Of a stretch of 64,000 nt of DNA, positions 9,979 through 18,220 are shown piece by piece. Location of the stretch: positions 396,675-460,674 of the forward strand of contig JAXGZO010000001.1 in NCBI GenBank assembly GCA_040776965.1, given 5' to 3'. The translations under genes were made by a program, and so were the position numbers. Every line of letters starts with the position of its first letter. Positions within the stretch are counted from its first letter, which is position 1. The notes under the pieces are model-generated. The model did no database searches. It saw nothing but the letters and a program-made list of their open reading frames with translations, and was not told the origin of the DNA. The DNA is from Thermoleophilia bacterium. GTDB taxonomy: Bacteria > Actinomycetota > Thermoleophilia > UBA2241.

Positions 9979-10011
9979 CTCGCCCGCCGCGGCTACGCCG
10001 GGCGGCGAGGG
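9979..10011. repeat. Pilin-associated conserved GC-rich 3' stem-loop repeat (copy 1 of at least 4 clear copies)
   Basis: CTCGCCCGCCGCGGCTACGCCGGGCGGCGAGGG lies immediately 3' of the pilin B stop. Near-identical copies occur at 10638-10668, 12481-12511 and 18234-18265 (reverse complement, 3' of pilin I). Degenerate versions occur 3' of pilins D and G. Confidence 0.7.
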
Positions 10012-10023
10012 CTGATGTGCAGA

Positions 10024-10533
10024 TTAGGGGACGGTGATAACAGGGGCAGTCTTGCCGTAGCCGATGAGCTGGAAGCCCGTGTTACTATCTTTGGCTACAT
10101 AGTAAAAGTTGCCCCTCGCTGCATCCGCATTGGCCTCCCTGCTCGGCGTGACATTAACCATCCCCTCATTCGTCCACGGGTTCTTCGGCCACGGGCTCAC
10201 ATAAGTGGAGCCGTACATGACTCGCGAAGGAGGTAGGGAAATGAGAGCGACCTCAGAGATGCTCGCCACGGTGAGAACTCCGGTCGCGGTGTCGTCTTCC
10301 GTAGCCTCTTTCTCCTGCAACTCATCGGGGTAGAGGTCGTTGTTATCCACCGCATACGACTGCACGCCCACCTGAAGGTTGTGGATGCCCGACTTCACCG
10401 CGGCCTCTTTTGCCTTATCCCGCTGCCCGAGGAACATAGGGATAGCGATGGCGCTGAGAATGCCGATGATGATGATAACCACCAGCAGCTCGATGAGGGT
10501 GAAGCCCCCCTGGCCCTTTGCGAAGCGCTTCAT
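10024..10533 (-). CDS. Type IV pilin paralog B
   Basis: The start is MKRFAKGQGGFTLIELLVVIIIIGILSAIAIPMFLGQRDKAKEAAVKSGIHNLQ. It has YVSPWPKNPW and ends VITVP. Track ORF 10024..10578 includes a spurious 5' extension. Confidence 0.85.
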   Translation of the reverse strand: MKRFAKGQGGFTLIELLVVIIIIGILSAIAIPMFLGQRDKAKEAAVKSGIHNLQVGVQSYAVDNNDLYPDELQEKEATEDDTATGVLTVASISEVALISLPPSRVMYGSTYVSPWPKNPWTNEGMVNVTPSREANADAARGNFYYVAKDSNTGFQLIGYGKTAPVITVP

Positions 10534-10680
10534 TGGTACTCTCCTTTTTCTTTCGCTCACGGAGCTCGGTGCCCTCACCTGCGAGAGCGTTGTGCTGTGC
10601 CTAGGTCTTTTTTCGGCAGAACGAGCGAAGAACTAAAGGGGCGGGGCGGCTACGCCGGGCGGCGAGGGCTAAGGTCTGGC

Positions 10681-11118
10681 TTAGGGGACGGTGATGATGG
10701 CCGCCTTCTCTGTCTTGCCGCAGCCCCAGAGGGTGAAGCTGTCAGTACCCGTGGTGTAGGCGAAGTCACCCTTCGTGAGGGAAGCCGTCGTATTTCCTTT
10801 ATTAGCCATGGGCGAGCTCTCCGTCCATGGATTCTTCGGCCACGGGCTCACGTAGGTTGTGCCGAGGGCGCCGGTGGACGTAACCGGATCAGATTCATCA
10901 TTACCAGCAGTGGGATAAGCATCATTATTATCAACTGCATACGACTGCACGCCCACCTGGATGTTGTGGATGCCCGACTTCACCGCGGCCTCTTTGGCCT
11001 TATCGCGCTGCCCGAGGAACATAGGGATGGCGATGGCGCTGAGGATGCCGATGATGATGATGACCACCAGCAGCTCGATGAGGGTGAAGCCCCCCTGGCC
11101 CTTTGCGAAACGCTTCAT
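10681..11118 (-). CDS. Type IV pilin paralog C
   Basis: The ATG at 11118 gives MKRFAKGQGGFTLIELLVV...SPWPKNPW...AIITVP. RBS GAGAGGAGTATCAC lies upstream. Confidence 0.85.
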   Translation of the reverse strand: MKRFAKGQGGFTLIELLVVIIIIGILSAIAIPMFLGQRDKAKEAAVKSGIHNIQVGVQSYAVDNNDAYPTAGNDESDPVTSTGALGTTYVSPWPKNPWTESSPMANKGNTTASLTKGDFAYTTGTDSFTLWGCGKTEKAAIITVP

Positions 11119-11330
11119 GTGATACTCCTCTCGCTCTTGTGGCGTGGTAGCGTCTCTCGTCTTCTGCGAGAGCTCCCTTTTTCGATCTCTGACGCTTCTT
11201 TCGGCAGAACGGGTGAAAAACTGTAGAGAACGTTGTCTCTCCCGCTCTGCCCGCCTCATCGTTTTACCCTCAGCTCACGGATTTGCGGGGCGAGACGGGG
11301 CTTCTGGCGGGCGGCGAGCTCGCACCGCAC

Positions 11331-11801
11331 TTACTGACCGACGGTGATGAGGCCGGTGCTACCGTCTTTTCCGTACCCGGTGAGCGTATAGCTCGTCCTC
11401 TCCGAGCTGACGGTATAGACAAAGTGGCCTCGCCTATGTTGAGGCTCCAGTGGCGTCTTCATATTCATCATCACCTCGTCAGCCCAGGGATTCATCGGCC
11501 ACGGGCTGACGTAGGAAGCGCCGACGTTGAGCCCTTCCAAAAAGCTCGGCAAGTCCGAATTCCCGTCCTCATCCCTGTCGTACATCACTTCCTTCGGATA
11601 CAAGTCGTTGTTATCCACCGCGTACGAATGTATGCCTACCTGGAGGCTGTGGATGCCCGACTTAACCGCAGCCTCTTTGGCCTTATCCCTCTGCCCGAGG
11701 AACATGGGAATAGCGATGGCGCTGAGGATGCCGATGATGATGATAACCACCAGCAGCTCGATGAGGGTGAAGCCCCCCTGGCCCTTACTGAAACGCTTCA
11801 T
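11331..11801 (-). CDS. Type IV pilin paralog D
   Basis: MKRFSKGQGGFTLIELLVVIIIIGILSAIAIPMFLGQRDKAKEAAVKSGIHSLQ...SPWPMNPW...LITVGQ. Confidence 0.85.
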   Translation of the reverse strand: MKRFSKGQGGFTLIELLVVIIIIGILSAIAIPMFLGQRDKAKEAAVKSGIHSLQVGIHSYAVDNNDLYPKEVMYDRDEDGNSDLPSFLEGLNVGASYVSPWPMNPWADEVMMNMKTPLEPQHRRGHFVYTVSSERTSYTLTGYGKDGSTGLITVGQ

Positions 11802-11848
11802 ATACCTCTCCCTCCCGCTGATACCATAACCCCGTTGAGATGAGAGCC

Positions 11849-12334
11849 CTACGGAACGGTGATGATCCAGCTGACTCCACTGCCAACCGAAACCGTGCCG
11901 CCCCCCCGAAGCTTGTATGCCTCCTCTGGATCGGGCGAACCCGCGAACCAGTACATGTAGTTGCCCTTATGTGACTTCGCCGCACCCGTCCACCCAAGCT
12001 CGCTCGCCATGCCTGGCATGCTGCCATCATTGGGATAGCGGGCCATCTTCGCACCCGTCCAGGGGTTTTTGGGCCACGGGCTGACGTACTTAGCCACCGA
12101 CCCGGTAGGCTGCACCGCCATCGGGGAGGGGTACTTATCGTCGTTGTCTGCGGCGGCGGCCTGCACGCCCACCTGGATGTGGTGGATACCGGCCTTAACC
12201 GCCGTGTTGCGCGCCCGCTGCCGCTGCACGAGGAACATGGGTACGGCGATCGCCGTGAGGATGCCGATGATGATGGTGACCAGGAGCAGCTCGATGAGGC
12301 TGAAGCCCCCCTGGCCTTTTGCACGCCTCCTCAC
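11849..12334 (-). CDS. Type IV pilin paralog E (most divergent N-terminus; GTG start)
   Basis: V/MRRRAKGQGGFSLIELLLVTIIIGILTAIAVPMFLVQRQRARNTAVKAGIHHIQ...SPWPKNPW...WIITVP. RBS AAGAGGAGG is present. The gene lies only 47 bp downstream of the paralog D start. Confidence 0.8.
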   Translation of the reverse strand: MRRRAKGQGGFSLIELLLVTIIIGILTAIAVPMFLVQRQRARNTAVKAGIHHIQVGVQAAAADNDDKYPSPMAVQPTGSVAKYVSPWPKNPWTGAKMARYPNDGSMPGMASELGWTGAAKSHKGNYMYWFAGSPDPEEAYKLRGGGTVSVGSGVSWIITVP

Positions 12335-12439
12335 AACTACCTCCTCTTATCCAAACGGAGCTCCCGTAAACGCCGCATTATTACTCTACCCAGCTTCGCA
12401 GAGCTCGGACACTCGTACACAATGCCACCAACGCACCAG

Positions 12440-12469
12440 TGGGCGGGGCACCTGCGGCACCCCGCCCCC
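12440..12469. terminator. GC-rich terminator-like hairpin
   Basis: GGGCGGGGCACCTGCGGCACCCCGCCCC is a near-perfect inverted repeat. Confidence 0.5.
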
Positions 12470-12513
12470 TCGCGTTGCCCCTCGCCCGCCGCAGCTACGC
12501 CGGGCGGCGAGCC

Positions 12514-12960
12514 TTAGCTGCCTGCCGGCCCTACTGGCACTGATTCCGTCTTGGGGGTACCGACCGTGATGATGGCGGTACCGGCGGTTTTGCCGTAACC
12601 GGTGAGGAGGAAGGTACCGGAGCCCAGGGTGTAGCTGTACTGGCCCTTGCCTGTACCCGCGGTCATCAGCTTATTGTCCCACGGGTTCTTAGGCCACGGA
12701 TTCACGAGGTTGCCGACGGCGCCGGTGCTTGCAACCTCTGTTGCTGCCGGGTACGTATCGTTGTTGTCCACCGCGTACGTCTGTATGCCCACCTGAATGT
12801 TGTGGATGTTGGACTTCACTGCGGCCTCTTTGGCCTTATCGCGCTGCCCGAGGAACATGGGGATGGCGATGGCGCTGAGCTTGCGAGAGCCTTATGGAGT
12901 ACCTGGATCTTCTTTCGGCAAAACGGGCGAGGAGCTAAAGCAGCTGCACCCTCCATGGAC
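12514..12960 (-). pseudogene. 5'-truncated type IV pilin paralog F (an internal deletion removed the start codon, signal peptide and N-terminal helix; the leader is retained)
   Basis: The conserved leader box CTCTCGCAAG is joined directly to ...CTCAGCGCCATCGCCATCCCC (LSAIAIP). The first in-frame start is an internal ATG giving MFLGQRDKAKEAAVKSNIHNIQ..NPWPKNPW...AIITVGTPK. The conserved upstream motif CGTTTTGCCGAAAGAAG is still present at 12908-12925. Confidence 0.7.
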
Positions 12961-13015
12961 CGCTGGGGGCCTGGATGTGGTGATGATGCCCCGGACGGGC
13001 TACGGCGCGGAAGAC

Positions 13016-13453
13016 TTAGGGTTTCTGACCGAATTCGATCACTTTGCTCTTATTATATCCGTAGCCGCAGAGGGAGAAGCCCACCCTCGTACTGGCTGTT
13101 TGCGGGATGTAGTTGTAGTGACCCCGAACCGCTACCCCAGGAGGAACAGGTATATTCGCCATCGGCTTACCATCCCGCCAGGGGTCTGTTGGCCACGGGC
13201 TGACGAGCTTGCCAACCGCTCCGGTGCTCGCAACGTCGACCTTCGGCGGGTACAAATCCTTGTTGTCCACAGCGTACGTCTGCACCCCCACGTAGATGTG
13301 ATGAACAGCCGTCTTAACGGCGGCGTCTCTCGCCCTCTCCTTCTGCCTGAGATACAGGGGCGTAGCGATGGCGGCCAGGATGCCGATGATGATGATGACC
13401 ACGAGCAGCTCAATGAGGGTGAAGCCCCTCTGACCTTTTGTGACGCGCTTCAT
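13016..13453 (-). CDS. Type IV pilin paralog G
   Basis: The ATG at 13453 gives MKRVTKGQRGFTLIELLVVIIIIGILAAIATPLYLRQKERARDAAVKTAVHHIY...SPWPTDPW. Confidence 0.8.
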   Translation of the reverse strand: MKRVTKGQRGFTLIELLVVIIIIGILAAIATPLYLRQKERARDAAVKTAVHHIYVGVQTYAVDNKDLYPPKVDVASTGAVGKLVSPWPTDPWRDGKPMANIPVPPGVAVRGHYNYIPQTASTRVGFSLCGYGYNKSKVIEFGQKP

Positions 13454-13612
13454 ATGCCTCTCCCTCCTGCTGATACCGCAACCCCCGTCGCCACGAAAGC
13501 TTGTTGAGGTGTCTCTTTCTTCTTTCGGCGAATCCACGGAGAAGTTGAGCGACCTCGGCAGGCCCCCGTCGTCTCCGCGTAAACCGCACCGCCTCCACGC
13601 CAGCAGCGTGCG

Positions 13613-14000
13613 CTAGGGAACGGTGATAACGCCCCCGGTGGAGCCGACGCCGATGAGGACGTAAGAGGTGGGCGTTGCGAGGGGCTTTGGGTTGTACACA
13701 AACGTGCCTTTGTTCGGCTTACCCCCCGACCCCGGGATATTAGTGCCATTGTTATAGACCGTGGTGGAGCGCCCCATGGGCACATGCGGAACGTGCCCCC
13801 ATGGATTCTCAGGCCAGGGGCTGACGAGCTTGCCGACTTTTGCAGTCTTCGCAACCTCAGCTTGTACAGGGTAGGTATCGTTGTTCTCGACCGCGTACGT
13901 GTGGATGCCCACCTGAATACTGTGGATGCCCGACTTAACTGCGGCGTCCTTTGCCTTCTCCCTCTGCCCGAAGAACAGAGGGATGGCGATGGCGGCGAGG
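13613..14000 (-). pseudogene. N-terminally truncated type IV pilin paralog H (no start codon; the break falls inside the conserved N-terminal helix)
   Basis: The open frame after a TAG reads ...SFIGILAAIAIPLFFGQREKAKDAAVKSGIHSIQVGIHTYAVENND...SPWPENPW...GVITVP. There is no ATG/GTG/TTG before the internal GTG at 13912 (the track ORF start). The upstream DNA is the rmlA promoter region. Confidence 0.65.
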
Positions 14001-14085
14001 ATGCCAATGAAGCTGAATGCGCGGCAAATGGGCCTCTTTTCGGGGGAGCGATGCTATACTCCATGCAAACTCCAGCGAGGTCGCC

Positions 14086-15150
14086 ATGAAGGGACTCATC
14101 TTGAGCGGCGGCGCGGGCACACGCCTACGCCCCATTACGCACACCTCGGCCAAGCAGCTCGTACCCGTGGCCAACAAGCCGGTGCTCTTTTACGGCCTGG
14201 AGGCCATGTACGCCGCGGGCATCCGCGAGGTCGGCATCGTCGTGGGCAGCACCCGCGCGGAGATCGAGGAGGCGGTCGGCGACGGCAGCCGCTTCGGGCT
14301 CAGCGTCACGTACCTCCCGCAGGAGGCGCCGCTGGGCCTCGCCCACGCAGTGCTCATCAGCGAGGCCTTTCTCGGCGACGAGCCCTTTGTGATGTACCTC
14401 GGCGACAACCTCCTCAAAGAGGGCATAGAGCCGTTCGTGCGTGCTTTTAACGAGCATCGCCCGGATTCACTGATCTTACTGCAGCGGGTCGACGACCCCA
14501 GCTCGTACGGCATCGCGGAGCTCGACGCGGAGGGCCGCGTCACCCAGCTCGTGGAGAAGCCAGCCGAGCCGCGCAGCGACCTCGCGCTGGTGGGCGTGTA
14601 CCTCTTCACCCCGGCCATCTTCGAGAGCGTTAAGGCCATCTCGCCCTCCGCCCGCGGCGAGCTCGAGATAACCGACGCCATTCAGCACCTCATCGAGCGC
14701 GGCCTCCGCGTCGACCCCCACACGGTCACGGGCTGGTGGAAAGACACGGGCAAGCTGGAGGACATGCTCGAGGCCAACCGCCTCATCCTTAACACCATCA
14801 CTCGCGACCTGCGTGGCACCGTTATCGATAGCCTCATTGAGGACGCGGTACAGGTGGGCGAGGGGAGCGTGCTCGAGCGCTGCAGCGTGCGCGGCCCAGT
14901 GGTCATAGGCCGCAACTGCCGCATAACCGACGCCTACGTCGGCCCCTACACGGCCATCGGCGACGACGTAGTGGTGGAGCGCGCCGAGCTGGAGCACTCG
15001 ATCCTCCTCGAGGAGAGCTGCATCCGCCGCCTCGGCGCACGCCTCACCGACAGCCTCGTCGGCCGAAACTGCACGATAGAACACAGCGACGCGCCGCCGG
15101 TAGCGTACCGGTTTATGATCGGCGACTCCTGCCAGATCGGCCTCCCCTGA
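14086..15150 (+). CDS. rmlA: Glucose-1-phosphate thymidylyltransferase (long form with a C-terminal beta-helix)
   Basis: MKGLILSGGAGTRLRPITHTSAKQLVPVANKPVLFYGLE is the canonical RmlA N-terminus. Track ORF 14017 is 5'-extended. Confidence 0.9.
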   Translation: MKGLILSGGAGTRLRPITHTSAKQLVPVANKPVLFYGLEAMYAAGIREVGIVVGSTRAEIEEAVGDGSRFGLSVTYLPQEAPLGLAHAVLISEAFLGDEPFVMYLGDNLLKEGIEPFVRAFNEHRPDSLILLQRVDDPSSYGIAELDAEGRVTQLVEKPAEPRSDLALVGVYLFTPAIFESVKAISPSARGELEITDAIQHLIERGLRVDPHTVTGWWKDTGKLEDMLEANRLILNTITRDLRGTVIDSLIEDAVQVGEGSVLERCSVRGPVVIGRNCRITDAYVGPYTAIGDDVVVERAELEHSILLEESCIRRLGARLTDSLVGRNCTIEHSDAPPVAYRFMIGDSCQIGLP

Positions 15151-15175
15151 GCGCATCGCACGAGAGAGGAGCCCC

Positions 15176-15664
15176 ATGATCCACGGCGTGATGACGAAGA
15201 ACCTCCGAGTGGTCCCCGACGAACGCGGACGCCTCATGGAGTGCCTCCGCAACGACGACGACCTCTTTATTCAGTTCGGCCAGCTCTACATGACGACCAC
15301 CTACCCCGGCGTCGTTAAAGGCTGGCACCTCCACGACGCACAGTGGGACAACATCGTCTGTGTTAAGGGCATGCTCAAACTCGTGTTGTGCGACGGCCGC
15401 GGGGCCGAAGGCGACGCGGCCGCTCCCGGCCACGCGGCGAGCCCCACCGCCGGCGAGATTCAAGAGTTCTTTATCGGCGAGTACAAGCCCATGCTCGTCC
15501 GCGTACCACCGGGCGTGTGGCACGGCTGGAAGTGCGTGAGCGTTGAGGAGGCCTACGTCGTCAACGCCCCCACCGAGACCTATAAGTACGACACGCCCGA
15601 CCAGCGCGAGCTGCCGCACAACACGCCCGCTATTAACTACGACTGGGGCGTCCGACTGCGCTAG
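15176..15664 (+). CDS. rmlC: dTDP-4-dehydrorhamnose 3,5-epimerase (cupin)
   Basis: 162 aa. RmlC-like motifs are present (RGRLMECLR...GWHLH...). It sits between rmlA and rmlD. Confidence 0.75.
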   Translation: MIHGVMTKNLRVVPDERGRLMECLRNDDDLFIQFGQLYMTTTYPGVVKGWHLHDAQWDNIVCVKGMLKLVLCDGRGAEGDAAAPGHAASPTAGEIQEFFIGEYKPMLVRVPPGVWHGWKCVSVEEAYVVNAPTETYKYDTPDQRELPHNTPAINYDWGVRLR

Positions 15665-15684
15665 CGCGCGGCCGGAGCACGCAC

Positions 15685-16560
15685 ATGCTGCGCTGGTTTA
15701 TCACGGGCGGCGGCGGCCAGCTCGCCACCGCGTTCGCCGAGCGACTCACCGGCGAGGTCTTTCTCAGCCGCGAGGAGACCCTCGACATACGCAACGCGGC
15801 GGCCGTGGCCGCGGCGATCCACAGCTTCGCCCCCCACGTCGTGCTGCACACCGCCGCCTTCACCGACGTGGACGGCGCGGAGGCAACCTCCGCGGCCGCG
15901 GAGGTTAATGTAGACGGCACGCGCAACATCGTTAACGCCGTGCGCGGCAGCTCCACGGCGGTCATCTCCTTCAGCACCGACTACGTCTTCGACGGCACCA
16001 AAGGCGCTCCGTACGTGGAGAGCGACGCGCCGAGGCCGCTCAACGCCTACGGCCGCACCAAGTTGCTCAGCGAGGAGATCGTGCTGAGCTGGGCGCACGG
16101 CACCGTTATACGCACCTCGTGGCTCTTCAGCGAGACCGGCCGCAACTTCGTAAAGACGATCCTCGCCGCCGGCCGCCAAAAGGCCGCGGCGGGCGAGCCC
16201 CTTCGCGTCGTCGACGACCAGGTGGGCTCCCCCACGTACGCCGGCCACCTCGCCGCCGGCGTTGAGGAGGCCGTCCTCGGCGACCTCGCGCCCGGCCTCT
16301 ACCACATGGCGGGCGGCGGCTGGTGCTCGTGGCGAACCTTCGCCGCCCAGATCCTCCACGACGCCGGCATCGCCGCAGAGGTCCTGCCCATCACCACGGC
16401 CGAGCTGGGCCGACCGGCGGCGCGCCCGGCGTTCTCCGCCCTTATCAGCGAGCGCGGCGCCCCGCAGCTGCCGCACTGGCGAGAGGGCACCGCCCTCGCG
16501 GTCCAGGCCCTCACCAAGGATGACCGACGCCCCCCACACACCGAGGAGACGCACCCATGA
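15685..16560 (+). CDS. rmlD: dTDP-4-dehydrorhamnose reductase
   Basis: 291 aa. MLRWFITGGGGQLATAF...STDYVFDG is the RmlD signature. Confidence 0.85.
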   Translation: MLRWFITGGGGQLATAFAERLTGEVFLSREETLDIRNAAAVAAAIHSFAPHVVLHTAAFTDVDGAEATSAAAEVNVDGTRNIVNAVRGSSTAVISFSTDYVFDGTKGAPYVESDAPRPLNAYGRTKLLSEEIVLSWAHGTVIRTSWLFSETGRNFVKTILAAGRQKAAAGEPLRVVDDQVGSPTYAGHLAAGVEEAVLGDLAPGLYHMAGGGWCSWRTFAAQILHDAGIAAEVLPITTAELGRPAARPAFSALISERGAPQLPHWREGTALAVQALTKDDRRPPHTEETHP

Positions 16561-17564
16561 AGCTCGTGGTCACCGGCGGCGCCGGGTTTATAGGCTCCAA
16601 CTTCATCCTCCACATGCTGAGGCGCCACGCCGACATCGAGATCGTCAATCTCGACAAGCTCACCTACGCCGGCAACCTCGAGAACCTCCGCGAGGTGGAG
16701 GCCGACGAGCGCTACTCCTTCGTTAAGGGCGACATCTGCGACGCGGCGCTCGTGCGCCGGGCGCTGCGCGGCGCGGACGCCGTCGTTAACTTCGCCGCGG
16801 AGACCCACGTCGACCGCTCCATCAGCGGGCCACAAGACTTCATCCGCACCGACGTACTGGGCACGCAGACCCTCCTGGAGGCGGTGCGCGAGTTCGGCAT
16901 CGCCCGCTACCTGCAAATCAGCACCGACGAGGTGTACGGCTCCACGGAGGTGGGCTCCTTCGGCGAGCACGACCCGCTGAACCCCTCGAGCCCCTACTCG
17001 GCCAGCAAAGCCGCCGGCGACCTGCTCGTGCTGGCTTACGCCACCACGTACGGCACGCCGGCGCTCATCACCCGCAGCTCCAATAATTACGGGCCGCGGC
17101 AGTACCCCGAAAAGCTCGTGCCGCTCTTTATCACCAACGCGGTCGACGACCTGGCGCTCCCGGTGTACGGCGACGGCCAGCAAATACGCGACTGGATCTA
17201 CGTCGACGACAACTGCGCCGGCATCGAGGCCGTGCTCCTCAACGGCACCGACGGCGAAATTTACAACATCGGGGGCGGCAACGAGGTCGCCAACCTCACC
17301 ATCACCGGGGAGATCCTGCGCCTGCTCGAGAAGGGCGACGAGCTCATCCGCTACGTCGCCGACAGACCCGGGCACGACCGCCGCTACTCCATTAGCTGCG
17401 CCAAGGCCCACGCCCTCGGCTGGCGGCCGGAGGTGCCCTTCGCGGTCGGCCTCGAGCGCACCGTGGCGTGGTACCGCGACAACCCGCAGTGGTGGCGCCC
17501 CATTAAGTCGGGGGAGTGGCGAGCGTACTACGAGGCGCAGTACCCCGAGGTGGGGCGAGCATAA
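16557..17564 (+). CDS. rmlB: dTDP-glucose 4,6-dehydratase
   Basis: MKLVVTGGAGFIGSNF; YSASKAAGDLL (the YxxxK of extended SDRs). Its start overlaps the rmlD stop (ATGA). Confidence 0.9.
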   Translation: MKLVVTGGAGFIGSNFILHMLRRHADIEIVNLDKLTYAGNLENLREVEADERYSFVKGDICDAALVRRALRGADAVVNFAAETHVDRSISGPQDFIRTDVLGTQTLLEAVREFGIARYLQISTDEVYGSTEVGSFGEHDPLNPSSPYSASKAAGDLLVLAYATTYGTPALITRSSNNYGPRQYPEKLVPLFITNAVDDLALPVYGDGQQIRDWIYVDDNCAGIEAVLLNGTDGEIYNIGGGNEVANLTITGEILRLLEKGDELIRYVADRPGHDRRYSISCAKAHALGWRPEVPFAVGLERTVAWYRDNPQWWRPIKSGEWRAYYEAQYPEVGRA

Positions 17565-17788
17565 CCGAGTGAGTGAGGGCGGGGCGAAGAAGCGGCGCTC
17601 GCTCAGCTCTGCTTTTGAATCCGAGTACATTCCCCTGTCCGAACTTCGGGAAGATGGGCAGAGTAAGAGAGACAACGTTGCCTACAGTTTTTCACCCGTT
17701 CTGCCGAAAGAAGCGTCAGAGATCAAAAAGGGGGCTCTCGCACAAGACGAGAGACGCTACCACGCCACAAGAGCGAGAGGAGTATCAC

Positions 17789-18220
17789 ATGAAGCGTTTC
17801 GCAAAGGGCCAGGGGGGTTTCACCCTCATCGAGCTGCTGGTGGTTATCATCATCATCGGCATCCTCAGCGCCATCGCTATCCCTATGTTCCTCGGGCAGC
17901 GCGATAAGGCCAAAGAGGCCGCGATGAAGTCCGGTATCCACAGCATCCAGGTGGGCGTGCAGAGTTATGCCGTGGACAACAACGATGTGTATCCGTCGGC
18001 TGCAGCAAGCGGTGGCGATATTCTTGCTGCAGATAAAACCAAAGTCCAAGCGCTCGTGAGCCCGTGGCCGAACAACCCGTGGAGTACTAGCAGCGCTGCG
18101 ATGACGGGCACGGCAGCCGGGGCGAAGGGCGACTATACCTACGCGACGGCAACCGACAGCTTTAGTCTTAAAGGCTGGGGTAAAAGTAGCACCACCGCCC
18201 CCATCATCACCGTCCCCTAA
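17789..18220 (+). CDS. Type IV pilin paralog I (only copy on the + strand)
   Basis: MKRFAKGQGGFTLIELLVVIIIIGILSAIAIPMFLGQRDKAKEAAMKSGIHSIQ...SPWPNNPW...PIITVP. Its 5' leader and first roughly 190 nt are about 95% identical to the reverse complement of paralog C. Confidence 0.85.
   Translation: MKRFAKGQGGFTLIELLVVIIIIGILSAIAIPMFLGQRDKAKEAAMKSGIHSIQVGVQSYAVDNNDVYPSAAASGGDILAADKTKVQALVSPWPNNPWSTSSAAMTGTAAGAKGDYTYATATDSFSLKGWGKSSTTAPIITVP

Noticed and set aside
9121-12470. Considered whether the recurring GGGGCGGGG...CCCCGCCCC hairpins in the pilin region might be CRISPR-like repeats.
   Set aside because: They are isolated inverted repeats, one per intergenic gap, with no spacer-repeat pattern. 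They behave as terminators.
9465-13507. Recurrent plus-strand ORFs of the type ...HRGLFGLIALPEEHRDGDGAEDADDDDNHQQLDEGE... (9470..9718, 10381..11226, 11283..11843, 12179..12517, 12802..13203).
   Set aside because: They are the antisense translation of the conserved pilin N-terminal coding region, repeated once per pilin copy. They are not a protein family.
13450-14064. A 204-aa minus-strand ORF spanning the truncated pilin H and the rmlA promoter.
   Set aside because: It is a frame artefact. The pilin-homologous frame is a different one, and this ORF has antisense-like composition.
17569-17907. A 112-aa plus-strand ORF overlapping the pilin I leader.
   Set aside because: It spans the conserved non-coding leader and has low-complexity composition. 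The leader is conserved as DNA in copies on both strands, which argues against a coding role.
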